Shown piece by piece: positions 34,686 through 45,651 of a DNA stretch of 64,000 nucleotides. The DNA is from Chloroflexota bacterium (lineage in GTDB: Bacteria; Chloroflexota; Dehalococcoidia; JACPEP01), in the NCBI GenBank assembly GCA_016183425.1, contig JACPEP010000008.1, forward strand, positions 21,048 through 85,047, read 5' to 3'. How positions within the stretch are numbered: the first letter of the stretch is position 1; every line of letters begins with the position of its first letter. Below the pieces are notes generated by a model that was given only the letters and a program-made list of their open reading frames with translations, was not told where the DNA came from and ran no database searches. Made by a program: the position numbers and the translations under genes.

Positions 34686-35630
34686 TTGGGCTATCAACCT
34701 CTGGATTTCCGCCGGATAAAGACGGTGCCCCTGGCCTCAAGAGAAAGCAAAGTCGACATCGAGCATTTCGCTCAGGTAGGGAGGCCCGGGGAATCCTTCT
34801 CTCGCTTCCTACAGCGCCTTCCCCGCATCCTAGCGGCAGAGGACCTTAACCGGGTGGTGGCGGCGGTGTTGGCGGCCTGCAAAAGGAAAAAACCCGTCAT
34901 CTGGGGCCTGGGGGCCCACGTCATCAAGTGTGGCCTCAGCCCCCTGATAATCCAGCTTATGGAGCAGGGGGCCGTCACCGCCGTGGCCATGAACGGGGCC
35001 GGAGCCATCCACGACGTGGAGATAGCCCTGGCCGGCAAAACCTCGGAGGACGTGGCCGCCGGGCTGGAGGAGGGCCTCTTTGGCACCGCAGAAGAAACGG
35101 GGCGCTTCATCAGCGAGGCCGTGGCCGGAGGCCAAGAAGGTAATGGGATGGGGAAGGCCTTAGGGCAAAGACTGGTTCAAATAGAAGCCCCCTACCGCCA
35201 TCTGAGCATACTGGCCCGGGGAGCCGAGCTGGAGATTCCCATCACCGTTCACGTGGCCATCGGCACCGACATCACCCATATCCACCCCACCGCCCAGGGC
35301 GAGCCACTGGGGGCAGCTTCTTTTTACGACTTTCGCCTTCTGGCAGGAATAGTGGCCCACTTGGGCCAGGGAGGGGTCTATCTTAACGTAGGCTCGGCCG
35401 TTCTCCTGCCCGAGGTCTTTCTCAAGGCACTATCGGCAGCCCGTAACCTGGGCCATCGAGTATCCCACTTCTCCACCGTCAATATGGACATGATTCAACA
35501 CTACCGGCCTCGGGAGAACGTGGTTCGCCGCCCTACCCAGGGCAGCGGCCACGGGTACGCCATCACCGGCCACCACGAAATAATGATCCCCCTCCTGGCC
35601 CAAGCCATTCTGGAGGAGCTGTCATCATGA
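34686..35630 (+). CDS. Conserved hypothetical protein, deoxyhypusine-synthase-like fold
   Basis: GAHVIKCGL, NGAGAIHD.E, GSAVLLPEVFLKA, GHHEIMIPLL. Confidence 0.65.
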   Translation: MGYQPLDFRRIKTVPLASRESKVDIEHFAQVGRPGESFSRFLQRLPRILAAEDLNRVVAAVLAACKRKKPVIWGLGAHVIKCGLSPLIIQLMEQGAVTAVAMNGAGAIHDVEIALAGKTSEDVAAGLEEGLFGTAEETGRFISEAVAGGQEGNGMGKALGQRLVQIEAPYRHLSILARGAELEIPITVHVAIGTDITHIHPTAQGEPLGAASFYDFRLLAGIVAHLGQGGVYLNVGSAVLLPEVFLKALSAARNLGHRVSHFSTVNMDMIQHYRPRENVVRRPTQGSGHGYAITGHHEIMIPLLAQAILEELSS

Positions 35631-36604
35631 CCATTGAGACACATCGCCCCTTAGGGAAGATTATCCATGACTTTCGGGGCAACCGAGTGGTGGTCATTGG
35701 CGACGTTATGCTGGACGAGTACATCGTTGGGACGGTGGCCCGTGTCTCCCCCGAGGCGCCCATTCCGGTGGTAAATGTGGAGAAAGTGACCTACACCCCT
35801 GGCGGCGCCGCCAATGTGGCGGCCAATGTGGCCGCTTTGGGGGGAGAGGTGGTGCTATGCGGGGTGGTGGGTGACGATGACGTCGCCGTCCGGCTGAGGC
35901 AGGAGATGGAGAAACGGGGCGTGGAGACTCGGTTCGCAGTGGACGCCTCCCGCACCACCACCTTGAAGAGCCGGGTGGTGGCCCACAGCCAACAGGTTGT
36001 GCGATTGGATCGAGAAACCCGAAGTGGGATTTCCCAGGAAGTGGCCACCCATCTCTTGGAACTAGTAGAGAAGAGCCTGAACGGAGTAAGGGCAGTGGCC
36101 ATCTCCGACTATGGCAAGGGACTCACCGAACCATGGCTCATGGCTCGGTTGATCCCTTTGGCGGGGAAGGGGAGGCCCCTTTTGGTAGACCCCAAGGGGA
36201 AGGACTACCAAAAGTATCGGGGAAGCACCATCATCACCCCTAATGAGGCCGAGGCCTTTGAGGCGACCGGTGGTCGGCTGGACGCACCTCTGTCTCAAGT
36301 GATGAAGACCATACTACGGCGGGTGAGTTGCCAGGCCGTCCTGGTAACCCAGGGAGCTAAAGGGATGTCCTTGATGGAGGCCGGAGGAAGCACAACCCAT
36401 TTCCCCGCCTTGGCCCGAGAGGTGTACGATGTGACCGGCGCCGGTGACACAGTGGTCGGCACCCTAGCTCTAGCCTTGACTACGGGTGCCAGCCTGGTGG
36501 AGGGAGTGCGCCTTGCCAACCATGCCGCCGGCATCGTTGTCGGTCGGGTGGGAACCGTTGCCGTCACTGTAGGCGAGCTTAGCGAGGCTGTGGGGGATGG
36601 CTAG
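35627..36604 (+). CDS. rfaE1: D-glycero-beta-D-manno-heptose-7-phosphate kinase (HldA/RfaE domain I)
   Basis: GDVMLDEY, RVSPEAPIPV, GGAANVA, SDYGKG, YDVTGAGDT. Confidence 0.92.
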   Translation: MTIETHRPLGKIIHDFRGNRVVVIGDVMLDEYIVGTVARVSPEAPIPVVNVEKVTYTPGGAANVAANVAALGGEVVLCGVVGDDDVAVRLRQEMEKRGVETRFAVDASRTTTLKSRVVAHSQQVVRLDRETRSGISQEVATHLLELVEKSLNGVRAVAISDYGKGLTEPWLMARLIPLAGKGRPLLVDPKGKDYQKYRGSTIITPNEAEAFEATGGRLDAPLSQVMKTILRRVSCQAVLVTQGAKGMSLMEAGGSTTHFPALAREVYDVTGAGDTVVGTLALALTTGASLVEGVRLANHAAGIVVGRVGTVAVTVGELSEAVGDG

Positions 36605-38027
36605 CAGCACCACCTCCCGTCTGGGAGGAATGATTTCCCTGGCTATGGTGGCCGGAGATCTCATCATGATCAATGCCGCCTTTGTACTTGCCTATTACCT
36701 ACGCTACACCCTGGGGGTGGGTGGAGAGGTAGAGGAGGAATTCTTCGTTACTATCAACGCCTATTTCCCTATTCAGGCGGCGCTGACTGCCATATTAGGG
36801 CTGGTGTACGCCGTGTCTGGCCTCTACCGCCCTCGGCCCCGATTACCTTTGCTGAAGACGATGATGACCGTGCTGGCAGCAACCAGCGTTGGCATGATGC
36901 TGGTACTAGCCATCGTCTTTTTATATCAAGGCTACGCCTACTCTCGATGGCTCTTTTTCTTTACATGGGCTCTCACGGTGCTTCTTTTATGGCTAATCCG
37001 CGGAGGGAGGATAGCCCTGTTGGCAAGTCTGAGACGGCGCGGCTTAGGGGTACGCCGAGCACTGGTGGTGGGCTCCGACAATCTGAGTAAGATGGTAATG
37101 CATGTCTTGGCTACCGAGGCAAACCTGGGTTATCAGTTGATCGGCTTTGTGGGCAACGACGATGATAACGATATGGGACGGTTCAAGTACCTGGGGGGAA
37201 TGGAAGAGCTGGCCACCTTGGTTAGAGAGAAAGATATCCACGAGGTGATTATCGCCCTCCCCGCCTCTTCCCACCACCAGATCCTGGAGGTGACAGAGCA
37301 CTGCCGCCGCGAGAAGGTGCGCTTCAAGATGGTTCCCGACTTGTTCGAAATGAGCCTGGGAAAGACGGACATCGACGATCTGAGAGGCATACCCCTCATC
37401 GGCATCGAGGAAGCCGGCATACAGGGCATGGGCCTTTTTTTCAAACGCACTTTCGATCTCTTTTTCACCATCATCATTCTTGTTATTTTTGCTCCTTTCT
37501 GGGGCATCATTGCCCTGCTCATAAAGCTGGACTCCCCAGGGCCTATCCTTTTTAAGCAGACCCGCGTCGGCAAGGGGGGAAGGCTCTTTGAGGCCTACAA
37601 GTTTCGTTCTATGAAGATAGATGCGGAGAAGCAGATGGAAAGCCTAGCGGGCCAGAACGAGGCGACCTGGCCCCTCTTCAAGATTAAAGATGATCCCCGC
37701 ATTACCCGGGTGGGACGCTTCCTCCGCCGCACCAGCCTGGATGAGATACCTCAGCTCCTAAACGTCCTCCAGGGGGAAATGAGCCTCATCGGCCCGCGGC
37801 CCCCGCTGCCGGCAGAGGTGGAGCAGTACCAGGAGTGGCACAAGAGGCGCTTGGAGATCACCCCGGGCATCACCGGACTATGGCAGGTAAGCGGGCGCAG
37901 CGACCTTCCCTTCGATGAGATGGTGATGCTGGACATATATTACATCAACAACTGGTCCCTGGCCCTGGATTTCCTCACCCTCATCCGCACCATCCCCGCC
38001 GTGATAACGGGCAGGGGCGCCTATTAG
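36597..38027 (+). CDS. Polyprenyl-phosphate sugar phosphotransferase (WcaJ/WbaP-like)
   Basis: KRTFD, YKFRSM, DDPRITRVG, SLDEIPQ, GPRP, PGITGLWQVSGRS. Confidence 0.93.
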   Translation: MASSTTSRLGGMISLAMVAGDLIMINAAFVLAYYLRYTLGVGGEVEEEFFVTINAYFPIQAALTAILGLVYAVSGLYRPRPRLPLLKTMMTVLAATSVGMMLVLAIVFLYQGYAYSRWLFFFTWALTVLLLWLIRGGRIALLASLRRRGLGVRRALVVGSDNLSKMVMHVLATEANLGYQLIGFVGNDDDNDMGRFKYLGGMEELATLVREKDIHEVIIALPASSHHQILEVTEHCRREKVRFKMVPDLFEMSLGKTDIDDLRGIPLIGIEEAGIQGMGLFFKRTFDLFFTIIILVIFAPFWGIIALLIKLDSPGPILFKQTRVGKGGRLFEAYKFRSMKIDAEKQMESLAGQNEATWPLFKIKDDPRITRVGRFLRRTSLDEIPQLLNVLQGEMSLIGPRPPLPAEVEQYQEWHKRRLEITPGITGLWQVSGRSDLPFDEMVMLDIYYINNWSLALDFLTLIRTIPAVITGRGAY

Positions 38028-38031
38028 TGAG

Positions 38032-38238
38032 GGCATTTAGCAATACCCAGTGCTTAGGGTGTTGAACAATGCTCTCTTCATTTTGGGGTGGTTGGAAACG
38101 TCTTCCTAGCCCTGCCCTGAAGGACAGGGCTATAAGCTCTTCCTTAGGCTCGCCCTTCAGGGCGGCGACATTAATCAACACCCTCAGTGCTGAAGCATGG
38201 GGCATCAAGCCCTCGGCTTATGGTGATTGCTAAATGAC
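38032..38238. mobile_element. Non-autonomous MITE-like element
   Basis: GGCATTTAGCAATACCC and GGTGATTGCTAAATGAC imperfect terminal inverted repeats; internal hairpins with CCTGAAGG/CCTTCAGG. Confidence 0.45.
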
Positions 38239-38258
38239 GCGACATCTATCCCCACCCC

Positions 38259-38325
38259 GTAGTCGGGGTCGTCTCGACCCCGACGGAGTCATGTAATCGG
38301 GGTCAGGGACGACCCCGATTACATG
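38259..38325. repeat. GTAG-type REP doublet; possible bidirectional terminator
   Basis: GTAGTCGGGGTC-GTCTC-GACCCCGAC and a 15-bp perfect stem CATGTAATCGGGGTC/GACCCCGATTACATG between convergent genes. Confidence 0.65.
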
Positions 38326-38377
38326 GGCTCCACTAGTCGCCCCTGTTCAAAAAGCCCCAGACCTGGAAGGTTAGCCA

Positions 38378-39559
38378 TCACCCGACGATTTTGGCTGCTT
38401 GCAGCTCCCTGATCTGCTCCGGGCGGTAGCCTAGCTCCGCCAGCACCTCCTCCGTATGCTGCCCAGGGTAGGGCGCTAAGCTCCGAATCTGGCCCGGGGT
38501 CTCTGTCAGCTTGATGGGGATGCCCACCTGTTGCACCTTGCCCCACGTGGGGTGATGGATTTCAGCCACCATGCGTCGCTGCTGGATCTGGGGGTCGGCA
38601 AATACCTCGTCCAGGGTATAAACTGGAGTGACACAGGTATCTTTGTCTCCCAGGAGGGAAAACCATTCGTCCCTAGTCTTGGTGCGGAAGACCTGGGTGA
38701 GAAAAGCGAAGATTTCCTTGTATTTATCGGTGTTGTTCTGGTATGGGATGAGGTCTTCCCGCTCCAGGGCGCGGCACAGGTTTTCCCAGAACCAGGGCTC
38801 CAGGGCGCCCAGGGCGATGTACCTGCCATCCCGGGTCTCATAAACATTGTAGTGGGGCAGGCCTCCGGTAAGAGGGCCTTCTCTCGGCTGCGGCAGCTCT
38901 CCATGGGAAAAGTAGCGGGCGACCACGTTGGCCAGAAGGTAAATCACGCCATCGGTCATAGCGATATCCACCATCTGCCCGCGCCCCGTTTTATGGCGCG
39001 CCATCAAAGCTGCCAGAATACCGATGGCGGCCTGCATCCCCCCACCAGCCAGGTCAGCGAGGAGGTTGGCTGGAACAACGGGGCGGCCCTCACCATCGGT
39101 GATGAGGCTCAAAGCGCCGCTCATAGCGACATAGTTGATGTCGTGCCCCGGCGTCTTTCGGTAGGGACCCTTTTGCCCATAGCCGGAGATGGAACAGTAT
39201 ACGATCCTGGGATTCACCCGACTCACCGTATCGTAGTCCACCCCTAGCCGCCTCACCACCCCTGGCCGAAAGCCCTCCACCACTACATCGGCCCTTTTCG
39301 CCAATTGGTAAAAGATGTCCCTCGCTCCGTCCATCTTCAGGTTAAGAATGATGCTGCGCTTGTTGCGACGAGTGGGGCTGAAAGCCAGACTCCGTTTCTC
39401 ATCCGCATTCGTGGCTAAGGGACGACCTCGTCGTTCGCCTTCCGGCTCCTCTATGCGCAAGACGTCCGCTCCTAGGTCCCCCAGAATCATGGTACAAAAG
39501 GAGCCCGGAGCCAGTCGGCACAGATCCAGAACCTTTATATCTTCCAAAGGTAGCGGCAT
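38378..39559 (-). CDS. Family III CoA-transferase (AMACR-like)
   Basis: LGDLGADV, RNKRS, EGFRPGV, GHDINY, ADLAGG. Confidence 0.92.
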   Translation of the reverse strand: MPLPLEDIKVLDLCRLAPGSFCTMILGDLGADVLRIEEPEGERRGRPLATNADEKRSLAFSPTRRNKRSIILNLKMDGARDIFYQLAKRADVVVEGFRPGVVRRLGVDYDTVSRVNPRIVYCSISGYGQKGPYRKTPGHDINYVAMSGALSLITDGEGRPVVPANLLADLAGGGMQAAIGILAALMARHKTGRGQMVDIAMTDGVIYLLANVVARYFSHGELPQPREGPLTGGLPHYNVYETRDGRYIALGALEPWFWENLCRALEREDLIPYQNNTDKYKEIFAFLTQVFRTKTRDEWFSLLGDKDTCVTPVYTLDEVFADPQIQQRRMVAEIHHPTWGKVQQVGIPIKLTETPGQIRSLAPYPGQHTEEVLAELGYRPEQIRELQAAKIVG

Positions 39560-39687
39560 TCTGTCCCCTTCCTTTTATCCGTCCAGAGTAATGATAACGT
39601 TTGCGACAGAATTTGCAAAGTGGCGGAGGGATGTCTTTTACCTTAACCTTCTCGACGTAGGCAGGGGGCAATAGTACAATTGGCTTT

Positions 39688-41622
39688 GTGTCAGAGGCTA
39701 TGATTTACGATGTCATTGTGGTGGGGGCAGGGCACGCTGGATGTGAGGCGGCGCTGGCGGCGGCCAGAATGGGCTGCCGTACCCTCCTTCTATCCATGAA
39801 CCTGGACAATGTGGCCCTTATGCCCTGCAATCCATCCATCGGCGGACCCGCCAAGGGCCACCTGGTGCGAGAAATCGACGCCCTGGGGGGAGAAATGGGA
39901 CGCAACATCGACCGCACCCTGATTAATATCCGCATGCTCAACACCGGAAAAGGCCCCGCCGTACAGGCGCTGCGGGCACAGGCAGATAAAAAGCTATACA
40001 GCCTGGCCATGAAAAAGACGCTGGAGCGCCAGCCTGGTCTCGACCTGAAGCAGGGAACGGTGGAAGAGCTGACAACAGCCAACGGCTCTCTGGAGGTCAG
40101 GACCCAGTTAGGGTGGGTCTACCGGGGGCTGACGGCGGTATTGACCACGGGCACCTCCCTGGCCGGGCGGGTCATCGTGGGAGAGGTGGCCTACGAGGCG
40201 GGGCGGGCGGGGGAATTCGCCGCCCGGGGCCTATCCCAGAGCTTGCGACGGCTGGGCTTCACCCTGGGCCGCCTTAAAACAGGGACGCCGCCCCGTATCG
40301 ACGCTCGCACCATAGACTTCTCTAAAACCATCCTCCAGCCAGGGAGTCCAGAGCCACTACGCTTTAGCCTCTGGCCGGAGGAAGTGTCCCCCTCCCCTCC
40401 CACCACCAACCCAGTTTATCCCTCCGGTCCAGACACCCCCTGGCGGCGCCAGCTACCGTGCTATCTGGTGCACACAAACCCTCAGACCCACCACGTGATA
40501 CGGGCCAATCTGCATCGGGCACCCCTCTTTACTGGCCTCATTCAAGGAGTGGGGCCCCGCTACTGCCCATCTATCGAGGACAAGGTAGTTCGCTTCCCAG
40601 ACCGGGAAGACCACGGCCTCTTTCTGGAGCCGGAGGGGTGGGAGACCAACGAGGTCTACGTGCAGGGAGCCAACACCAGCCTCCCCGAGGACGTTCAGTT
40701 GGCCATGCTGCGCACCATCCCCGCTCTGGAAAGGGTGGAAATGATGCGCGTTGGCTATGCCATCGAATACGATTACGTGCCACCCCACCAGACCCAGGCG
40801 ACCCTGGAGACCAAGCTGGTGTCGGGGCTATTTCTGGCGGGGCAGATCAACGGCACCTCGGGCTATGAGGAGGCGGCGGGGCAAGGCATCGTGGCCGGCA
40901 TCAATGCCGCCCGCAAAGTCCAGGGCGAGCCTTTGATACCCATTGGCCGCCACCAGGGTTACATCGGCGTCATGATCGACGACCTGGTAACAGGAGAGAT
41001 CCGGGAGCCCTATCGCCTCTTTACCTCTCGAGCGGAGCACCGCCTCCTACTGCGCCAGGACAACGCCGACCTGCGGCTAGCTCCTTTGGGCTACCAGGCA
41101 GGGCTCCTCTCCCGGGAGCAATATGATGTGGTGGAGGCCAGACGGCGGGCCGTAGAGGAAGAAATCTCCCGCCTGTCCCAGCACTACTTCCCATTCACGG
41201 ACAATATGGCCCGCCGTCTGGCCCAATATAGCCTTCCCGATATAAGCCGCAGTCTCAGCGCCCTGGAGTTCCTGCGGCGACCTCAGGTAAGCTACGCCGA
41301 CCTGATTTCCCTAGAGATGGGCAATCCCCTTCTGGATGAGCGGGTGGTAGAGCAGGTGACCCTGGAGACCAAGTACCAGGGGTACATTGAGAAACAGGAG
41401 CAGGAAATAGAGCGGGTGAGACGCTTGGAGGAGCGTCCCATCCCCACCTCCCTGGACTATGATGGTCTTTGGGGACTTAAAACCGAGGCCCGGGAGAAGC
41501 TGAAGCGGTTCCGCCCCCTCACCCTGGGTCAAGCATCCCGTATCAGCGGCGTCACCGCCGCCGACATAGCCGTTCTCATGGTGCACCTGATGCGAAAGAG
41601 GACACCTCACCAAGATCCTTGA
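39688..41622 (+). CDS. mnmG: tRNA uridine-5-carboxymethylaminomethyl modification enzyme
   Basis: [53 protein letters not shown]. Confidence 0.97.
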   Translation: MSEAMIYDVIVVGAGHAGCEAALAAARMGCRTLLLSMNLDNVALMPCNPSIGGPAKGHLVREIDALGGEMGRNIDRTLINIRMLNTGKGPAVQALRAQADKKLYSLAMKKTLERQPGLDLKQGTVEELTTANGSLEVRTQLGWVYRGLTAVLTTGTSLAGRVIVGEVAYEAGRAGEFAARGLSQSLRRLGFTLGRLKTGTPPRIDARTIDFSKTILQPGSPEPLRFSLWPEEVSPSPPTTNPVYPSGPDTPWRRQLPCYLVHTNPQTHHVIRANLHRAPLFTGLIQGVGPRYCPSIEDKVVRFPDREDHGLFLEPEGWETNEVYVQGANTSLPEDVQLAMLRTIPALERVEMMRVGYAIEYDYVPPHQTQATLETKLVSGLFLAGQINGTSGYEEAAGQGIVAGINAARKVQGEPLIPIGRHQGYIGVMIDDLVTGEIREPYRLFTSRAEHRLLLRQDNADLRLAPLGYQAGLLSREQYDVVEARRRAVEEEISRLSQHYFPFTDNMARRLAQYSLPDISRSLSALEFLRRPQVSYADLISLEMGNPLLDERVVEQVTLETKYQGYIEKQEQEIERVRRLEERPIPTSLDYDGLWGLKTEAREKLKRFRPLTLGQASRISGVTAADIAVLMVHLMRKRTPHQDP

Positions 41623-42184
41623 GCAGATAGTTTCTGGCCTCCACCAGAGCCGGGTGGAGAAAGGCATTTCTTTCCAAAAAACGCGAGACCTGCCACCGAT
41701 AGAACTCCAGTATGGCCCTATCCAGGTCTTCTTGGGCCAACCTTTCCACCTCTTTCAACGGCGGATGAGAGGCCAGCTTGTGGGGCTCGATCTTATCCGC
41801 CAGGAAAAGCACCTTTCCCAGGAGGTCCATCCCTCCTCTCCCCGTAGTGTGCCAGGCAACCGCTTCCAAAAGGGGGGCATCGGTGACCGAAAAGTCCCTC
41901 TTCAGTATCTCGGCCCCCACACGGCCGTGGAGAAGGAGCGGCATCTCCTGTTCCACAGGGTCCAAGGGTAAGGAATAGACTCCTGCCAGCGTCCGGAGCT
42001 CCTCTGGAGGCATAGGCCGCGCCAGATCATGAATCAGGGCAGCCCAGGCGACACGCTCTCTATCGGCACCGTGTCTTCGGGCCAGATCCACCGCCACCTG
42101 GCTCACCCGCTGGCAATGGGCAGCTATCTCAGGAGATAAGTCTACCAGCCGCTGTCGGGCCAGCTTCAGTTCTGCTATCTTCAC
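41576..42184 (-). CDS. yqeK: HD-domain Ap4A hydrolase
   Basis: [30 protein letters not shown]. Confidence 0.85.
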   Translation of the reverse strand: MKIAELKLARQRLVDLSPEIAAHCQRVSQVAVDLARRHGADRERVAWAALIHDLARPMPPEELRTLAGVYSLPLDPVEQEMPLLLHGRVGAEILKRDFSVTDAPLLEAVAWHTTGRGGMDLLGKVLFLADKIEPHKLASHPPLKEVERLAQEDLDRAILEFYRWQVSRFLERNAFLHPALVEARNYLLKDLGEVSSFASGAP

Positions 42185-42192
42185 CCCGACCC

Positions 42193-42221
42193 ATGTTACC
42201 CACCCAAGGCCACCCCGTCAA
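42193..42221 (-). promoter_or_regulatory. Sigma70-type promoter of yqeK
   Basis: TTGACG-17 nt-TAACAT. Confidence 0.55.
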
Positions 42222-42397
42222 TGTGTGCAGATTAGAGTGTCACCACAGTAGATTGACATCCCACAATCTTGGTGTACCCCTAGGACAGCAATCGACGTCT
42301 TCCCGACCCTGGCTACGCAGTCGGCGCTAGTCTTCGGAAAAGACACGCCGCGGAAAGATGCCCGCCCCAAACCAATAGCGACTCTTCCGAGAGACCC

Positions 42398-43324
42398 CTA
42401 AAAAGGAGTAAAGTCATCCTTAAGCTGGGGAATGTTCTCCTCAGGAAACTCGGGACGCCTCTGATGTACAAAAATACCCAAATGCTGGGGCAAAGGAGTG
42501 TTGGTGTGCCTTAAGTATAAGGATGGCTCATCACCCAGGGTATTATGCCGATGCCAAAAGAGGAGAGGAACACAAACCATATCTCCCGCCTCCCAGTAAA
42601 CACGCTCCTCGTTGACGGTGGTGTAGCCCCTCCCCTCAAAGATGTAGATGATGGCTTCGTTCCAGTGGCGATGCAGGGCGCTGAAACGCCCCGGAAGCAA
42701 CTTGGTCACCCCGTAGCCCCCACCAAAGTGATGGGGGATGCCTGCGTCTGGAGCATACGTTGCGTGATGACCCTCTGTGTACACCTTTTCTCCTCCAGAG
42801 GGCTCCCAGTGGCTGCGGGGCACTAGGCGCACCTCGCCCAGGGGTTGTTCGTGCCGCCTGTCGTCGTGCCTACCTTCTGGGGGAGGCTCCAGCCTTTCCT
42901 CGCGATAGATTCCCATATACTTAAAGAAGGGAACGGTGCCATGGCGAATGTAGCGCACCGGGACGTTGCCGGGGTTGACATGCTGGTGCCACATAAAGAT
43001 GGGTATCTGCAGGACATCTCCAGGCCCCCAGACATATTTTTGCCCGTTGGCAATGGTGTAGCCTGAGCCACTAAGGATGAGCATAGAGGACTCGTTGAGC
43101 TGGCGATGCCAGGTGCTCTTGCCTCCAGGCTTGAGTTCGGCGATGGCCATAGATAACACCCGTTGGCCGAAGGGATCCCAATAAACGCTCACATCGGGGT
43201 TCCATGGCTCAGGCTGGAGGCGCATTTCTCTCCCCTTGGCCAGACGTACCTTTGGGTTGGTCTGCTGGACCCAGTAGGACAGCGGCCGGTCATCTTCGCG
43301 AGGTTCCAGGTGTAGGGCTCCCAT
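42398..43324 (-). CDS. Bicupin protein (gentisate dioxygenase-like fold)
   Basis: Two cupin motifs: HRQLNE...WHQH and HRHWNEA...WHRH. Confidence 0.85.
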   Translation of the reverse strand: MGALHLEPREDDRPLSYWVQQTNPKVRLAKGREMRLQPEPWNPDVSVYWDPFGQRVLSMAIAELKPGGKSTWHRQLNESSMLILSGSGYTIANGQKYVWGPGDVLQIPIFMWHQHVNPGNVPVRYIRHGTVPFFKYMGIYREERLEPPPEGRHDDRRHEQPLGEVRLVPRSHWEPSGGEKVYTEGHHATYAPDAGIPHHFGGGYGVTKLLPGRFSALHRHWNEAIIYIFEGRGYTTVNEERVYWEAGDMVCVPLLFWHRHNTLGDEPSLYLRHTNTPLPQHLGIFVHQRRPEFPEENIPQLKDDFTPF

Positions 43325-43373
43325 TTTTCCTCCTTCTGATTTGATATCTTTTCTCTTGAGAAAATCTGATGGC

Positions 43374-45008
43374 CTAGGCCTTGGCCAACCACGCTTTGCG
43401 CAGCCTGATATCGGTATAGTTTCCCGCCAACTCGGTGCCATGTACCTCCTTGCGGTGGGCGTAGATGTTCACCGGATAGGCTACGGTATACATGCCCAAG
43501 ACATCTTCGGTGATGAGCTTAGCCATGTCCCAAACGAGAGGCCGCTGCGCCTCTGGCTCATAGATGACCTTGGCCTTTTCCAGAAGAGAATCCAGTTGAG
43601 GGTTCTTGGCCTTGACCATGGCAACCTTCGCCCTGGGGGAGTAGTACTCCTCTATGAGATACGAAGGAATACTGGCCTCTCCTGAGCTGGCGGCAAAGAG
43701 GTCGTAAGTCTTGTCATCGGTGTTCCGGATGCTGGTCCACTTGGCCTTCTCGACAACATCAACATCGAGGCGGATGCCGATCTTGGCCAGTTGCTGCTGA
43801 GCCACCTCGGCCAACTGGGTCTCGTCAGGTGCGCCACCACTCAATATCTTGCCTTGGAAACCGTTGGGGTAGCCCCCTTCAACCAATTTTTCTTTGGCCT
43901 TGGCCAGATCGAAGGGGTAGCCCTTCAAGTTAGGATCGTAGGCCCAGGTACTGGGAGGAAAGGGCCCGGCCCCTACCTGGTACAGATCACCCCAGATGGC
44001 CTTGGTCACCGTCTCCCGATCGATGGCATATGCCAGAGCCTGGCGAACGGCCTTGTTCTTGAAGGGCGAGTTTAGCATATTCATGACCAGGTTCTTTCGC
44101 TTTGTACCAGGAACTATCCTTACCACGATGTTGGGGTCATTCTTAAGGAGCGGCAAATCTTTGGTCTGTACCTCCAGGTTTAGGTGGGCTTCTCCTGCTC
44201 TGAGCATGGTTAGCTGGACATCGAAAGAGGGGATCATTCTCCATACGACGGCGTCCAGATAGGGGATTCCCTTCTCCCAGTAGCCGGAAAACTTCTTCAC
44301 CGAGGCCCGCTCGTCCATTAGCCACTCGTTGGCCATGAAGGGGCCGGTGCCGATGCCGCCGGTCTTCAGCACATCGTTTCTCTTCTTGGCATCCGCCGGG
44401 TTGGAAATCATACCCGATCCCCCGGTGGTCGTGCACTGCGGCAGGAAGCTGGCAGCGGGCTCTTTAATGGTCATCTTGTAGGTATACTCGTCGACGGCCT
44501 GGGCGGACTTAAAGCTCTTCTTCAACTCGACAGCCTGAGGCCCTGCGTACTCTTTGTCCGCCAGGCGCTCGTAGTGGGCCTTCACCACCTGAGCATTGAA
44601 GTCGGTGCCATCGTGGAACTTCACCCCCCGCCTGAGTTTGAAGACAAAAGTGGTAGGGTCAGGTATCTCCCAGGACTCGGCCAGCTCCGGCGCCAGAGTG
44701 CCATCGACCTTGTCCAACAAGAGGCTGTTGTAGACCATGTCATAGAGGGCCTCGTCAAAGGAGCCGGAGAGGTGAAAGCCCGGGTCGAAGGCAGGCATGA
44801 AGCCCATGATGCCGATAAGGGTGCCGCCGTAGGTGGGACCAGGAGTGGCAGTGGGGGCGGGACTAGAGACGGGAGTCGCAGCAGGAGCGGCGGCGCAGCC
44901 CAAAATGGATAGACCAGCCATGCCGACCCCCGCCCTGGCGGCGCCCCCGATGATCTGCCTGCGGGTCAGGCGCCGCTGCCAAAAGTGGGGCCCAATAGAA
45001 CTCCGCAT
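43374..45008 (-). CDS. ABC transporter substrate-binding protein, family 5 (Tat lipoprotein)
   Basis: TRRQII...ILGC signal; PELAESWE, LRRGVKFHDG, GTGPF, VRQALAYAIDRE. Confidence 0.92.
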   Translation of the reverse strand: MRSSIGPHFWQRRLTRRQIIGGAARAGVGMAGLSILGCAAAPAATPVSSPAPTATPGPTYGGTLIGIMGFMPAFDPGFHLSGSFDEALYDMVYNSLLLDKVDGTLAPELAESWEIPDPTTFVFKLRRGVKFHDGTDFNAQVVKAHYERLADKEYAGPQAVELKKSFKSAQAVDEYTYKMTIKEPAASFLPQCTTTGGSGMISNPADAKKRNDVLKTGGIGTGPFMANEWLMDERASVKKFSGYWEKGIPYLDAVVWRMIPSFDVQLTMLRAGEAHLNLEVQTKDLPLLKNDPNIVVRIVPGTKRKNLVMNMLNSPFKNKAVRQALAYAIDRETVTKAIWGDLYQVGAGPFPPSTWAYDPNLKGYPFDLAKAKEKLVEGGYPNGFQGKILSGGAPDETQLAEVAQQQLAKIGIRLDVDVVEKAKWTSIRNTDDKTYDLFAASSGEASIPSYLIEEYYSPRAKVAMVKAKNPQLDSLLEKAKVIYEPEAQRPLVWDMAKLITEDVLGMYTVAYPVNIYAHRKEVHGTELAGNYTDIRLRKAWLAKA

Positions 45009-45062
45009 GATCTTCCCTCCTTGGATTTCAACTACGTTCCTCCCGTGCCGTACCCGGAGGAC

Positions 45063-45620
45063 TCAGGGTGTGGCCTTGCCTGGTACGAATCCTTTGGCCT
45101 CCTCTGTGGGACCGGGAGGCATTTCCACTAGGGTGCCAACGCCACCAATCTTCATATGGGCGTAGGTGGGTTTAGGGTTGATGACCAACACCTTGCAAAT
45201 CGTGTCTTTATGTGCGTTGAAATGCTGGTGAACGCAGCCAGTGTGGACTAAGGCCACGCACCCTGGCTTCCAGTCATAGAGTTTCCCATCATGAATTTCC
45301 TGCCCCTCGCCCTCGATGATATAAAAGATCGCCTCATTCATATGGCCATGTTTCTTGCCGTAGCCGCCTGGAGCGAAGACACCGAACCAAGAGGCAAGGC
45401 TGGTCACGGGCAGGTCCGACGTGTTGGGCCCACCCAATATCCATTTTCGAAAATACATCCCGCCGCCGGTATCTTCCCAGGGCTGGCTTTCTATTTGCTC
45501 CGCTGTCAACACCCGGGGCAGTTTGCGTAGCCGCTCAAACTTGGCCTTCTGGGTATCTTCAGTCTTTTCCTGCCACTTGACTATTTCCTGCTCAGACAAT
45601 TCCTTTTTCTCCTTTCCCAT
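45063..45620 (-). CDS. Cupin domain protein
   Basis: HGHMNEAIFYIIEGEG...VHQHFN. Confidence 0.88.
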   Translation of the reverse strand: MGKEKKELSEQEIVKWQEKTEDTQKAKFERLRKLPRVLTAEQIESQPWEDTGGGMYFRKWILGGPNTSDLPVTSLASWFGVFAPGGYGKKHGHMNEAIFYIIEGEGQEIHDGKLYDWKPGCVALVHTGCVHQHFNAHKDTICKVLVINPKPTYAHMKIGGVGTLVEMPPGPTEEAKGFVPGKATP

Positions 45621-45651
45621 TTTTTATCGCGAGCTTTCCGAACAATGTCAG

